64,000 bases of DNA from contig CAMXSN010000002.1 in the NCBI GenBank assembly GCA_947246685.1, forward strand, positions 21,485 through 85,484, in the 5' to 3' direction. Position numbers and translations under genes: made by a program. The stretch is from an uncultured Clostridia bacterium (lineage in GTDB: Bacteria; Bacillota; Clostridia; Christensenellales; UBA3700). Shown here piece after piece: positions 8,918 through 17,644 of the stretch (the first letter of the stretch is position 1; the number at the start of each line of letters is the position of its first letter). The notes beneath the pieces are model-generated. The model had not been told where the DNA came from. It saw nothing but the letters and a program-made list of their open reading frames with translations, and made no database searches.

Positions 8918-11719
8918 ATGAAAATTAAAGTTTTTCTAGCCTCATCGATCACAGAATTTGAAAGTGATCGTATGAGTTTTGCCATTTATTTGAATAAACT
9001 CAACGCAATATTTGCCGAACAATATGGCGTTTCGATTACTCCTTTTATTTGTGAAACGGCCGATCATTCAGTTAATAAAAACGGCCGAAAACAAGACGAA
9101 TATAATCAAGAAATTGCTGATAGCGATATGGTTATCTTCTTACTGGGGAATAATTTGGGAGAATTCACAAAAGAGGAATTTTGCTTTTCTTGCAACAAGC
9201 TGAAAGAGAATAGCCGACCGAAAATTTATGTTTATTTCTGTAATAAAGGGAATTGTTCCGACGACATTGCTGATTTTAAGAAAGTTCTCGAAACCGAATA
9301 TCAACATTATTACGATACGTTTGAGTACATAGATACAGTCAAGCTTAGCACGTTATTTAATATTCGTCGGTTGGCTTTTCCTTCAATGAAAGTAGAAATT
9401 AAAGGCGACTATTTCTTTGTCGACGGAAAAATGATTTCGCAAGACATATTATCACCGACTAATATACAGGCTTTCAATAATAATCAAGAAATTAATGAAC
9501 TCAAAATAAGATATGATAAATCCGACGAAAATAATAAAAAAATTATAAAAAGAAGAATAAATGAGATACAAAATGATATTTTAAGTGTTTTTCTGGACTT
9601 AAGCAATTATACATTTAACGGGGAATATAACTGTAGAGTGACTGAAGCTGTTAGGTTATTGGAAAACGGTGATAAAGCCAAAGCTATAGATGTATTAGAT
9701 AACGCGCATAACCGAGATAGGCGAGCAGCGAGAAAAAGAGTGCGCCAAATGGAAACACTTGATGATATTAGCAGAATAAAATTCGAAATAAATATTCGCA
9801 AAACGGATAAAGAATATTCGAAAATCGATGATCTATATCGGGAAGCCGTTGAATATGCATTAGAGGATCGTATCGGATTAATGGTATTATACGATTATTC
9901 GTCATGGCTGGCTTCTATTCATCGGGTAGATGAAGCAGTAAAAATTGCAGTACAATTAAATGATATTTTGATTAATTACACACAGGATGAATTGAAAGAT
10001 GACAACATATCGAAGATAGATTTAGCAAATATAAAGATACTTCTAGGCGATTTGTATAGGAGAATATTGCAATTTAATAAAGCATATTCTGCTTACCGTG
10101 AAGCATTTTCTTTTTGGGAGGATTGCATTGATTCGTTTATGGGAGTTCAAGTATGGACATTGGCGGAGTATATTGAGGAAGTTGCTTGTTTCATTCAAAA
10201 TGTTCCTGATTCGGTTTCTGATATTGTTGATCCATTAAATTACGCTAAAGGCGTACGTGTTGGGCAATTAGCCACAGATATAAGAAGACTTAAAAGAAAA
10301 TTGCAAGATAAAAATCAAATAGATTTTAGCACCCTAGAATCTAATCCTATTTACAAAAGAGGAAGTCAATCGATTGCATTATTTGAAGAAAGCTTATCTG
10401 AAAAGTTCAAATCAGATGTAATTTCCGATAGCATTACTTTTGTACTGGATAATCCTATTTGCGAATCTTATATTCTTTTGTTGTTTGCCTTATGTATAAA
10501 GCAATCTGTTCTAGATAAAACGAAAGACTATTCAGGTTATGCTAGAGGATTATCAATGACAATATTAAATATTGCAACAATACAAAATATAATGCGCCGT
10601 TACGAAGATGCCGAAGATGGGGCGAATTTAGCTATAAGTTATTTAACTAAATTTCCCGAGATTAATACCGATATGGATATAAATCATGATTTTCTTCAAG
10701 CATACGCGGTTTTATATACTAGCTATATTAATCGTGATAACATGATTAAAGCGCAGAAATGTAGGAATAATATGTTAAAATACGGTGAAAAAATTTATAA
10801 CCAATATCCAAGAGAATTTGCCTTAGACTATACAGATATGCTATTTCATTTGGGTATTGATAGTCTTCACGCTTCAAACTTTTTTGCATCGGTCGAAATA
10901 TTTGAAAAAATTATTGGCATATATGAAAGTATAGACGCGGACCGGGAAATAGATAGGACACAGTATTTAATTCCATTTTTAATATCTAATCTCAGATGGA
11001 TAGAGGCGTATTCACAATATTCTCATATTACAGAAAAATTTCAGTCTGATTTTAATATTATAAATGATCACTTTATAAAGGCTATAAGTTTATTTGACGC
11101 TATAAATGCAAGCGATGACTTTGATGAGCTAAGTAAATCTAATTGCGTTCTTGAAATAAATTGGTGTAATTTATTATATTTGCCTCCTATAGGGGATATG
11201 AATGCATGTGTAGATATAATAGAACAAGCTTTTGAAATATGTATGAGTTTAAGCTTGGAGGATAATTTTTGCACATATTATCAATGGACAAAAACTTTAG
11301 AAGTAGTAACAATGTTTATTAATTGCTGTTGTGATATTGAACTTGAAAAATCGAAATGGCTTAATAATTTATACTCGATATTAGTGTTGCCGATTGATTT
11401 TATTATAAATAATGCGAAACTGGATCCCTTGCGTTTAATTCCTTCCCATTTCAGACATTTAACTGATTATGCTTTTCTAAATTCTTCAGATGTTGATTTT
11501 TTGACAAACTATAAAACCGTATTGTTTTTGTTTTATGAATCAATAATTGATTGTGAGGATGATGTTGGAGAAGTAAAACAACAGTTGATTGAAAAAATTA
11601 GCAATTCATATAGCGAGATTATAAAACAAGCAAATTCTCTTGAGAATAGGATATGTATACTTTCTATATTAGAAAAAGAAAGGGACAAAATTAAAAAGAA
11701 TTCTAATAGTACCATTTGA
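8918..11719 (+). CDS. large cytoplasmic protein: DUF4062/TIR-like N-terminal domain + coiled coil + TPR-like helical repeats; no NTPase motif
   Basis: 933-aa ORF with an AGGAG RBS. The N-terminus reads KVFLASSITEFESDR ... ADSDMVIFLLGNNLGEFTKEEF ... PKIYVYF, an alternating beta/alpha pattern with the acidic motifs I associate with DUF4062/TIR-like folds. The remaining 800 aa or so are helix-rich and repeat-like. I saw no GxxxxGK[ST] anywhere in the protein. Confidence 0.75.
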   Translation: MKIKVFLASSITEFESDRMSFAIYLNKLNAIFAEQYGVSITPFICETADHSVNKNGRKQDEYNQEIADSDMVIFLLGNNLGEFTKEEFCFSCNKLKENSRPKIYVYFCNKGNCSDDIADFKKVLETEYQHYYDTFEYIDTVKLSTLFNIRRLAFPSMKVEIKGDYFFVDGKMISQDILSPTNIQAFNNNQEINELKIRYDKSDENNKKIIKRRINEIQNDILSVFLDLSNYTFNGEYNCRVTEAVRLLENGDKAKAIDVLDNAHNRDRRAARKRVRQMETLDDISRIKFEINIRKTDKEYSKIDDLYREAVEYALEDRIGLMVLYDYSSWLASIHRVDEAVKIAVQLNDILINYTQDELKDDNISKIDLANIKILLGDLYRRILQFNKAYSAYREAFSFWEDCIDSFMGVQVWTLAEYIEEVACFIQNVPDSVSDIVDPLNYAKGVRVGQLATDIRRLKRKLQDKNQIDFSTLESNPIYKRGSQSIALFEESLSEKFKSDVISDSITFVLDNPICESYILLLFALCIKQSVLDKTKDYSGYARGLSMTILNIATIQNIMRRYEDAEDGANLAISYLTKFPEINTDMDINHDFLQAYAVLYTSYINRDNMIKAQKCRNNMLKYGEKIYNQYPREFALDYTDMLFHLGIDSLHASNFFASVEIFEKIIGIYESIDADREIDRTQYLIPFLISNLRWIEAYSQYSHITEKFQSDFNIINDHFIKAISLFDAINASDDFDELSKSNCVLEINWCNLLYLPPIGDMNACVDIIEQAFEICMSLSLEDNFCTYYQWTKTLEVVTMFINCCCDIELEKSKWLNNLYSILVLPIDFIINNAKLDPLRLIPSHFRHLTDYAFLNSSDVDFLTNYKTVLFLFYESIIDCEDDVGEVKQQLIEKISNSYSEIIKQANSLENRICILSILEKERDKIKKNSNSTI

Positions 11720-11898
11720 CCTAAAGGTTGTACGAAAGTTCCACTAAAATTCCAATGGCTTTCTATATAGAACCTAATAATTGAATAGTTGCGTTCTAAA
11801 TCTGAACTTTTTATGATCAGCTCAGCAGTGCGAAAGCGCAGATTTTGTTTTCAAGATTTTGCAAAACACTGTAATTTGAGCGCAAAGTTTTGATATGT

Positions 11899-11934
11899 GC
11901 GAGCGACGACAATTGCGTCGCCGCACTATTTTTT
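11899..11934 (+). terminator. putative rho-independent terminator downstream of the 933-aa gene
   Basis: GCGAGCGACG-acaattg-CGTCGCCGC forms a 9-bp GC-rich stem with one bulged A, followed by ACTATTTTTT. Confidence 0.45.
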
Positions 11935-12420
11935 GTGCTCGTTCTGCGAATTATACTTACCATTAAGCTCTATTACGATACTTTTGCATGTTGGGCTATC
12001 GTCGCGTTCGACGTATATTTCAAATTTATGATAAATTCTGAATTTTTTTCCGCAACGATTTCCCATATGTTTCGTTTGTCCGTGCTAACTTTGGCAATGT
12101 TTTATTCAATAATTTGATTGAGGAAATATTTGTTTTTTTATGACCATTCAGATTAATCTTTGATAAAAATTTAAACAAACTTTTTCCCATGGGTTCGTTA
12201 AATTTTTAATGGCGGATGCAGAGGCTTTAAAGCCACGTGCCATTAAAGACAGACGGTTTTCAAGAATAAAGTTTAATGGATTTAATGAAAGACTTTATTA
12301 GAGATTATTATGAAATATTACTACAATAATTAAAGACTATAAAAAGCGCTAGACTCTAGTTTAATAAAAAAAGAATGTAAGAAATCCCCAAGATAATCAT
12401 TAAAAATCATAGTCATAATA

Positions 12421-12449
12421 TTGATATTCAATGTTTGTTATGATATAAT
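12421..12449 (+). promoter_or_regulatory. sigma-A type promoter with extended -10 for the helicase-nuclease gene
   Basis: TTGATA, a 17-nt spacer, then TATAAT, with TG at the extended -10 position (TGATATAAT). The -10 hexamer ends 19 nt upstream of the ATG at 12469. Confidence 0.55.
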
Positions 12450-12468
12450 TAACTAAATTATTTGGGTA

Positions 12469-15400
12469 ATGATTATGCAGAAGATTATAGAGAATTTTGT
12501 TAATCAAAAAAGCAATGGCTTAATGTTACTAGATTTGCCAACAGGTTTTGGTAAAACGACTAGCGTAATAAAGTTTATAGATAAATTCATAAACAGTAAT
12601 ACGCAATCGGTTAAGCGAATTTATTTTGTAACAAATCTAAAGAAGAATCTTCCAGAAAAACGATTAAAAAAATCGTTGGGAGATAATTATGATAAATATT
12701 GTTTGTATCTAAAGCCATATTGGGAGTCGGTAACTGAAAAATGGAAGTTAACGCAAATTACGAATCCTGAAGTTTTGAATGCGGAAGAATATAAGAATCT
12801 TAACTTGGATATTGAAACGCTTTATAAATTTAGAGAAGATAATGAAAAACTTAGGAAAGCTAAAGATTTCAATCAAGAATATGTGAAGAATAAACGATTG
12901 ATTCAGTCTTATGAGCAAAAGATTGAAAGGGATACCGAAGTTAAATTTAGACAATTCATTAAAAAGACATTCTTCTATAATCAAACAGTGTATGAGAAAG
13001 ATAAGTTTTTAAAGAATAACCAATGGATTGCCGAGCTTTATCCTGCATGCAAATTAAAAGAAGAGAATATTAAAGTAGTATTGTCAAGTACGAAGAAATT
13101 TTTTAGTCCAATGGATACATTTTCTAGAATGCCGTTTTACATATACAATAACGAAGCATTAACGGAGAATAGTATTACATTTATTGATGAGTTTGATACG
13201 ACGAAAGAAACGTTATTAGATCAAATCATTGATGACGGCTTAAAATTTGATATCGACATTTTTGCGCTATTTCTAAATATCTATTATTCTTTAACAAATC
13301 TTTCATTTCCTGTCACACTAATGAGACTTAGTGATTATAGAAAAGGAAAGATTGAAAAAGAAGAATGGGTGGATATAAAAGAGTTGATAGAAGAACTGAA
13401 AAAGAAATTTCAGCAAGTTTATGAAGATTACCAGTTGCAATTTTTAGTAAAAAGTAAGGGCTTTGAAGAAAAGAAGGCATTTATTTTTGATGATGGCAAA
13501 TCTTTGAATATATTTAGCGATAAATCCAAAAAGGTGTTGAAGGCTACATACGACAAAGATGAAAATATTAACTCATTACTTGCGGTTGCAAAAAGTTATA
13601 AAGGTCAAGAAAAAGAGAGACTTGACAATATTTTGCTCGATGTGAAATTCGCTATAAATAGTTTTATAAATAAATCGGCCTACATATCGAAAAATTACAC
13701 AGATTATAAAAATCAATCTTTAAAGGGATATAAAATTAAATATTCATTTGAGGAATCTGCATTGACCATATTGTCAGCATTTAATGTTGCAGATGAATAT
13801 AGACAATATCTCTTAGATCGCATTATTGATAGAAACGCGAATATGAAACTAGATTTGCACGTAGAACCAGAGTTGGAGTTTATGAATAAAGGGTTCGAAT
13901 ATACTGAACTTGAGGATGATCATGAACACGATTTGCAAACAAAATGTCATGCATTTAAATTTGATACGACACCAGAGGCAATAATTGCTAAACTATGTGT
14001 AAAATCTAGAGCAGTTGGAATTTCAGCGACTGCATCGATAGAGACGGTAATTGGCAATTATGATATTGAATATTTCAAAAAAGTTTTACAAGACGACTTC
14101 TATTCAATTTCAGATAGCGATTATGCTAGGTTAGAGCAAGAGTTTATGGATGAGCAGAAAACATATGAAGAGAATAATATTACTATTCATACGGCTCCTA
14201 TAGATGGCGATAAAGTCTTTTCCGATAAAGAGAATTGCATTCAAGTTATTACGTCGATTTTTAATGAGAAGAATAGAGAATATTATTTAAATTATCTTGA
14301 AAATGATACAGAGCATTATCATTCTTATATTATTTGTAAACTTCTAAAATTGTATACTCATGTTGCGGCAAGTAGAGACATATATTCATTTCTGGCATTC
14401 TTAAATTCGTTTCCCAAAACTCAAGATAAGGCAGACAGACATCAGTTTTTAAATAAGGATTTTTTAGAGAGGGCAATAAGCGATCTTATTAAGCAAAATG
14501 GTTATGAGAATGCGCCTATAATCCATATTGTGAGGAGCGATAACTTTGAGGAAGAATTTGCGAAGATAAATGAAGAATTGGCCGAAGGTAAAAAGGTATT
14601 TGTATTAAGCACATATAGGACTATGGGCAATGGACAGAATATCCAATATAAGATTCCAGATATTGAGAGCATAAAATCAAACGTCATTATCAACAACAAA
14701 GATAGATTGGAAAAAGATTTCGATGCGATATACCTTTTAACTCCAACTAATTTGGTGCAAATGTTATCCTATGATTTGGAGAACAGAGTAAATAATTTGT
14801 GCAAATATTTATTTCAACAGGAATACTTGTATAAGAAGAATTATATATCATTTGATCAAAGAAAAATAAATATTGAATCTGGTTTTAGAAAAACGTTTTA
14901 TGGAGATAGGACAACGTCTTCATATAGAAGGAATGAAGACATATTATTACATACTGCTCAGTTAACAATTCAAGCTGTAGGTAGAATATGTAGATGTCAA
15001 AATAAGAACAAAAACATTTATATTTTTTACGACCAAGAAATTCTTAATCGGTTAAATCTTATTAAAGACGATTTAACCAATGGCAAGAAGATTTTTAATA
15101 AAGAGTTTAGGGTATTGTTGGAACAACCTGTACATGATGAGCGTATAGTATTCGATCATTATACGCTTAGGAATAAGAAAGCTTATGGTTTTCTAACAAA
15201 AATGTCAAAGGAGGTTAGGAAATCTAAAGAGAACGTTAGTGAATGGCAGGAATTGCGGAATTTTGTATTAAAACATCCAACAGCTAATAACATTCCGGAT
15301 AAATATGCATTTTTGTATTTTAAGTTTGATACGCCTGTCTATGGGTATGCATATAGATTTAATAATAATTATGAGTTTGTGAATTTCACGGTCAACAATA

Positions 15401-15915
15401 CATATGAAAAGACTCAAGTGTCAGCAGAGGGTAGTGAACTAATAAGGCTTATGAGTATTCCGGAGTTAAGGGAATATTTTGCAAGAAATGGATACGCCAC
15501 TAATTTTGAGCGCGGAATCTATGTGATGTCGGAATCTTTGTATAAGCAAATTTATAAAGGTGCGCTCGGCGAGGCTGTAGGAAGATATATAATTTCAAAG
15601 GCATGTGGTTGCGATTTGGAGGAGTTGGACAATTATCAGCAGTATGAGGCTTTTGATTTCAAAATTAATAATATTTATTTTGATTTTAAGCACTGGGATT
15701 ATTTTATTAAAGATAATGATAGTTATAGTAAATTTATTGAGTGGAAACTTAAAACAGTCCAAGGGGCAAAAGTAGTTGTTGCCAATATTTTTCAACGTGG
15801 CAATCATAAAATACGAGAATCGGTTGATGGTAAGATAATTCAAATACCATACTTAATAAATGATGACAATGAAATAGATTATAAATATCTAGATATTTTG
15901 CTAGACTTAATATAA
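12469..15915 (+). CDS. SF2 (DExD/H, SNF2-flavoured) helicase fused to a C-terminal PD-(D/E)xK-like nuclease module
   Basis: 1148-aa ORF. Helicase motifs: I LDLPTGFGKTT (nt 12544-12561), II FIDEFD (about 13186-13197), III-like GISATAS, V-like LSTYRTMGNGQNIQ, and VI QAVGRICR (14971-14994). The C-terminus reads GALGEAVG ... YEAFDFKINNIYFDFKHW (15646-15696). Confidence 0.85.
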   Translation: MIMQKIIENFVNQKSNGLMLLDLPTGFGKTTSVIKFIDKFINSNTQSVKRIYFVTNLKKNLPEKRLKKSLGDNYDKYCLYLKPYWESVTEKWKLTQITNPEVLNAEEYKNLNLDIETLYKFREDNEKLRKAKDFNQEYVKNKRLIQSYEQKIERDTEVKFRQFIKKTFFYNQTVYEKDKFLKNNQWIAELYPACKLKEENIKVVLSSTKKFFSPMDTFSRMPFYIYNNEALTENSITFIDEFDTTKETLLDQIIDDGLKFDIDIFALFLNIYYSLTNLSFPVTLMRLSDYRKGKIEKEEWVDIKELIEELKKKFQQVYEDYQLQFLVKSKGFEEKKAFIFDDGKSLNIFSDKSKKVLKATYDKDENINSLLAVAKSYKGQEKERLDNILLDVKFAINSFINKSAYISKNYTDYKNQSLKGYKIKYSFEESALTILSAFNVADEYRQYLLDRIIDRNANMKLDLHVEPELEFMNKGFEYTELEDDHEHDLQTKCHAFKFDTTPEAIIAKLCVKSRAVGISATASIETVIGNYDIEYFKKVLQDDFYSISDSDYARLEQEFMDEQKTYEENNITIHTAPIDGDKVFSDKENCIQVITSIFNEKNREYYLNYLENDTEHYHSYIICKLLKLYTHVAASRDIYSFLAFLNSFPKTQDKADRHQFLNKDFLERAISDLIKQNGYENAPIIHIVRSDNFEEEFAKINEELAEGKKVFVLSTYRTMGNGQNIQYKIPDIESIKSNVIINNKDRLEKDFDAIYLLTPTNLVQMLSYDLENRVNNLCKYLFQQEYLYKKNYISFDQRKINIESGFRKTFYGDRTTSSYRRNEDILLHTAQLTIQAVGRICRCQNKNKNIYIFYDQEILNRLNLIKDDLTNGKKIFNKEFRVLLEQPVHDERIVFDHYTLRNKKAYGFLTKMSKEVRKSKENVSEWQELRNFVLKHPTANNIPDKYAFLYFKFDTPVYGYAYRFNNNYEFVNFTVNNTYEKTQVSAEGSELIRLMSIPELREYFARNGYATNFERGIYVMSESLYKQIYKGALGEAVGRYIISKACGCDLEELDNYQQYEAFDFKINNIYFDFKHWDYFIKDNDSYSKFIEWKLKTVQGAKVVVANIFQRGNHKIRESVDGKIIQIPYLINDDNEIDYKYLDILLDLI

Positions 15916-16043
15916 TATTATTAGCAACTGAAGTTAAATTTGTAAATGATTAAGGAAAATGACAGTCTATGTTTCTTTCTAGCCAAAGTACATCGATATC
16001 CCATTTTAATGAAAAAAAGATTAATTAGAGGCAATAATATCAA

Positions 16044-17255
16044 TTATTCACTAGGTGAATTATCAATCACTTGAAAATTCTTAATAAAAGTACTTATTAT
16101 TTCATCGTATTGTTTAAAAAATTCATCTATTTCTTTAAGATCTTTAGGTTTAATAATAGAAAGCATAGATAAGCCTTCTATAGATTGTAATTTAGTCAAA
16201 ATATTAGCAAGTTGATTATTTGTTCGGAATAGCATATTGTAATAAAATAAATGCTTTAACAATAGTGGCTTGCAATCTTTAGTGAATTCTAATATGTGTT
16301 TAGCTATCAAAGATGTATGTTTTTTAATGATAGAAATATAATTGGTTAGATTTTCCATTGCACATGTGAAGTGTGTGTTTAAAGTTGACAATGCTGATGA
16401 CGTTAAACTTGATAAAAATAGAAACTCATTTCGTTTAAGTAGCTCATCGCACAGGTCTAAAGTTCTATGAGTAATTCTATTAGCTATGATAATATTTAAT
16501 TCTGAAAAAGACTTAGATTCGTTAATGATGAACTGTAAAACAGACTTAGCTTGCTCTGTATTATCTTGGCAAAGGGCTTCTAAAAATAACATATCTATGG
16601 TCTCAAATTCGTTTGAGTAGGTTTTGGAAATATAATTATCGATTTTCGCGATTTGATCTTCGTTTAGATTTGGTATCGCAGTAAGAGTCGCATTTTCAAA
16701 AACGCAAATATAATCAGTATTCTTAATCTTAAATCGAACCTTACTTTCATAATAATAATATACGGGGTCTAGGGAATAGAGCCATATTGCATAAACAATT
16801 AAATAGATAAAACATAAAGATAGATATATTGCTGTAGCTATCATATTTTTATAGTCTTGCAAGATGAAATGATATATCCATAGAGAAGTATTTATAAATA
16901 TAAATAGCCAAGAATCTTTGCGATAATCAGCAATACGTGGGATACTTTTATGTATTTCTCTTAGGGTAATTCCAAGTACTTTTGTGTTCATTTCTTTTAA
17001 CAATGGAAGCAAGATTGAAATATATATGCCTAAAAGGGCGGTGGGTAACGCAACGAGCGCAATTGCCCAATTCTCGTTGCCTTTTATTGCATTCTCAAAA
17101 TTTGGCATCGCATATTCCGCAATTGCCAAGTATCCAATGAGGATAATCAAGCAAAATAGGAGCTTGAAAAATGGACCACTGAAAAACACCTCTGCCCGGC
17201 TAGTTGTTTTTTGCAATTTAATTAGTTTTCTCTTTATGCGTTTATAAGATTTCAT
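16044..17255 (-). CDS. hypothetical 4-TM membrane protein with a helical soluble domain of about 240 aa
   Basis: 403-aa ORF, very AT-rich. Four hydrophobic segments lie in the first 160 aa (FFKLLFCLIILIGYLAIA, WAIALVALPTALLGIYISILLPLL, WLFIFINTSLWIYHFIL, MIATAIYLSLCFIYLIVYAIWLY). I recognised no family. Confidence 0.7.
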   Translation of the reverse strand: MKSYKRIKRKLIKLQKTTSRAEVFFSGPFFKLLFCLIILIGYLAIAEYAMPNFENAIKGNENWAIALVALPTALLGIYISILLPLLKEMNTKVLGITLREIHKSIPRIADYRKDSWLFIFINTSLWIYHFILQDYKNMIATAIYLSLCFIYLIVYAIWLYSLDPVYYYYESKVRFKIKNTDYICVFENATLTAIPNLNEDQIAKIDNYISKTYSNEFETIDMLFLEALCQDNTEQAKSVLQFIINESKSFSELNIIIANRITHRTLDLCDELLKRNEFLFLSSLTSSALSTLNTHFTCAMENLTNYISIIKKHTSLIAKHILEFTKDCKPLLLKHLFYYNMLFRTNNQLANILTKLQSIEGLSMLSIIKPKDLKEIDEFFKQYDEIISTFIKNFQVIDNSPSE

Positions 17256-17273
17256 TTTAGTTCTGCATTATTA

Positions 17274-17282
17274 ATTATATCA
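17274..17282 (-). promoter_or_regulatory. extended -10 element (TGATATAAT on the minus strand) upstream of the 4-TM gene
   Basis: The reverse complement of 17274-17282 is TGATATAAT, about 19 nt upstream of the ATG at 17255. The same 9-mer occurs at the helicase promoter. Confidence 0.35.
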
Positions 17283-17299
17283 AAGATTTATATATAGTC

Positions 17300-17339
17300 G
17301 AGCCTAAAACTTTCCGTTGACTGGGTTCGTTTTAGGCTC
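17300..17339 (-). terminator. hairpin immediately 3' of tRNA-Ser
   Basis: Perfect 11-bp inverted repeat GAGCCTAAAAC / GTTTTAGGCTC with an 18-nt loop, starting 5 nt after the tRNA CCA end. The trailing U-tract is weak. Confidence 0.4.
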
Positions 17340-17343
17340 GTTA

Positions 17344-17432
17344 TGGCGGAAGCGAAGGGATTCGAACCCCTGTGGGCTTGCACCCAAATGCTTTTCAAGA
17401 GCACCTCGTTATGACCACTTCGATACGCTTCC
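17344..17432 (-). tRNA. tRNA-Ser (anticodon UGA), CCA encoded
   Basis: The minus strand reads GGAAGCG..GTGCT-CTTGAAA-AGCAT..long variable arm..AGGGGTTCGAATCCCTT-CGCTTCC-G-CCA. The cloverleaf has a TPsiC GTTCGAATC loop and a long extra arm, and it parallels E. coli tRNA-Ser(UGA). Confidence 0.9.
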
Positions 17433-17644
17433 ATGTGAATTATTAAGATTTTGTTGCGAAAATTTTCGACGTATTTCGTAGATATTTTCGCACGTTTCTA
17501 CGAATTTGCGGTCAATTTATAGATTTTATCGACCGTCTAGGTGTTGCCGATTTGCTACTAAACGTCAATTTTTCATCAACACAAATCAAGCATTTTTTGG
17601 AAGTTCATAAGTGGTCGAGTAGTGCTTGTAGAATTATTTTCTAG

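Noticed and set aside
11890-12117. 75-aa plus-strand ORF in the island spacer
   Set aside because: It starts inside the terminator-like hairpin, has no RBS, and gives a hydrophobic, low-information translation. The minus-strand 54-aa ORF in the same region looks marginally more gene-like, but it is also unproven and is reported only as a finding.
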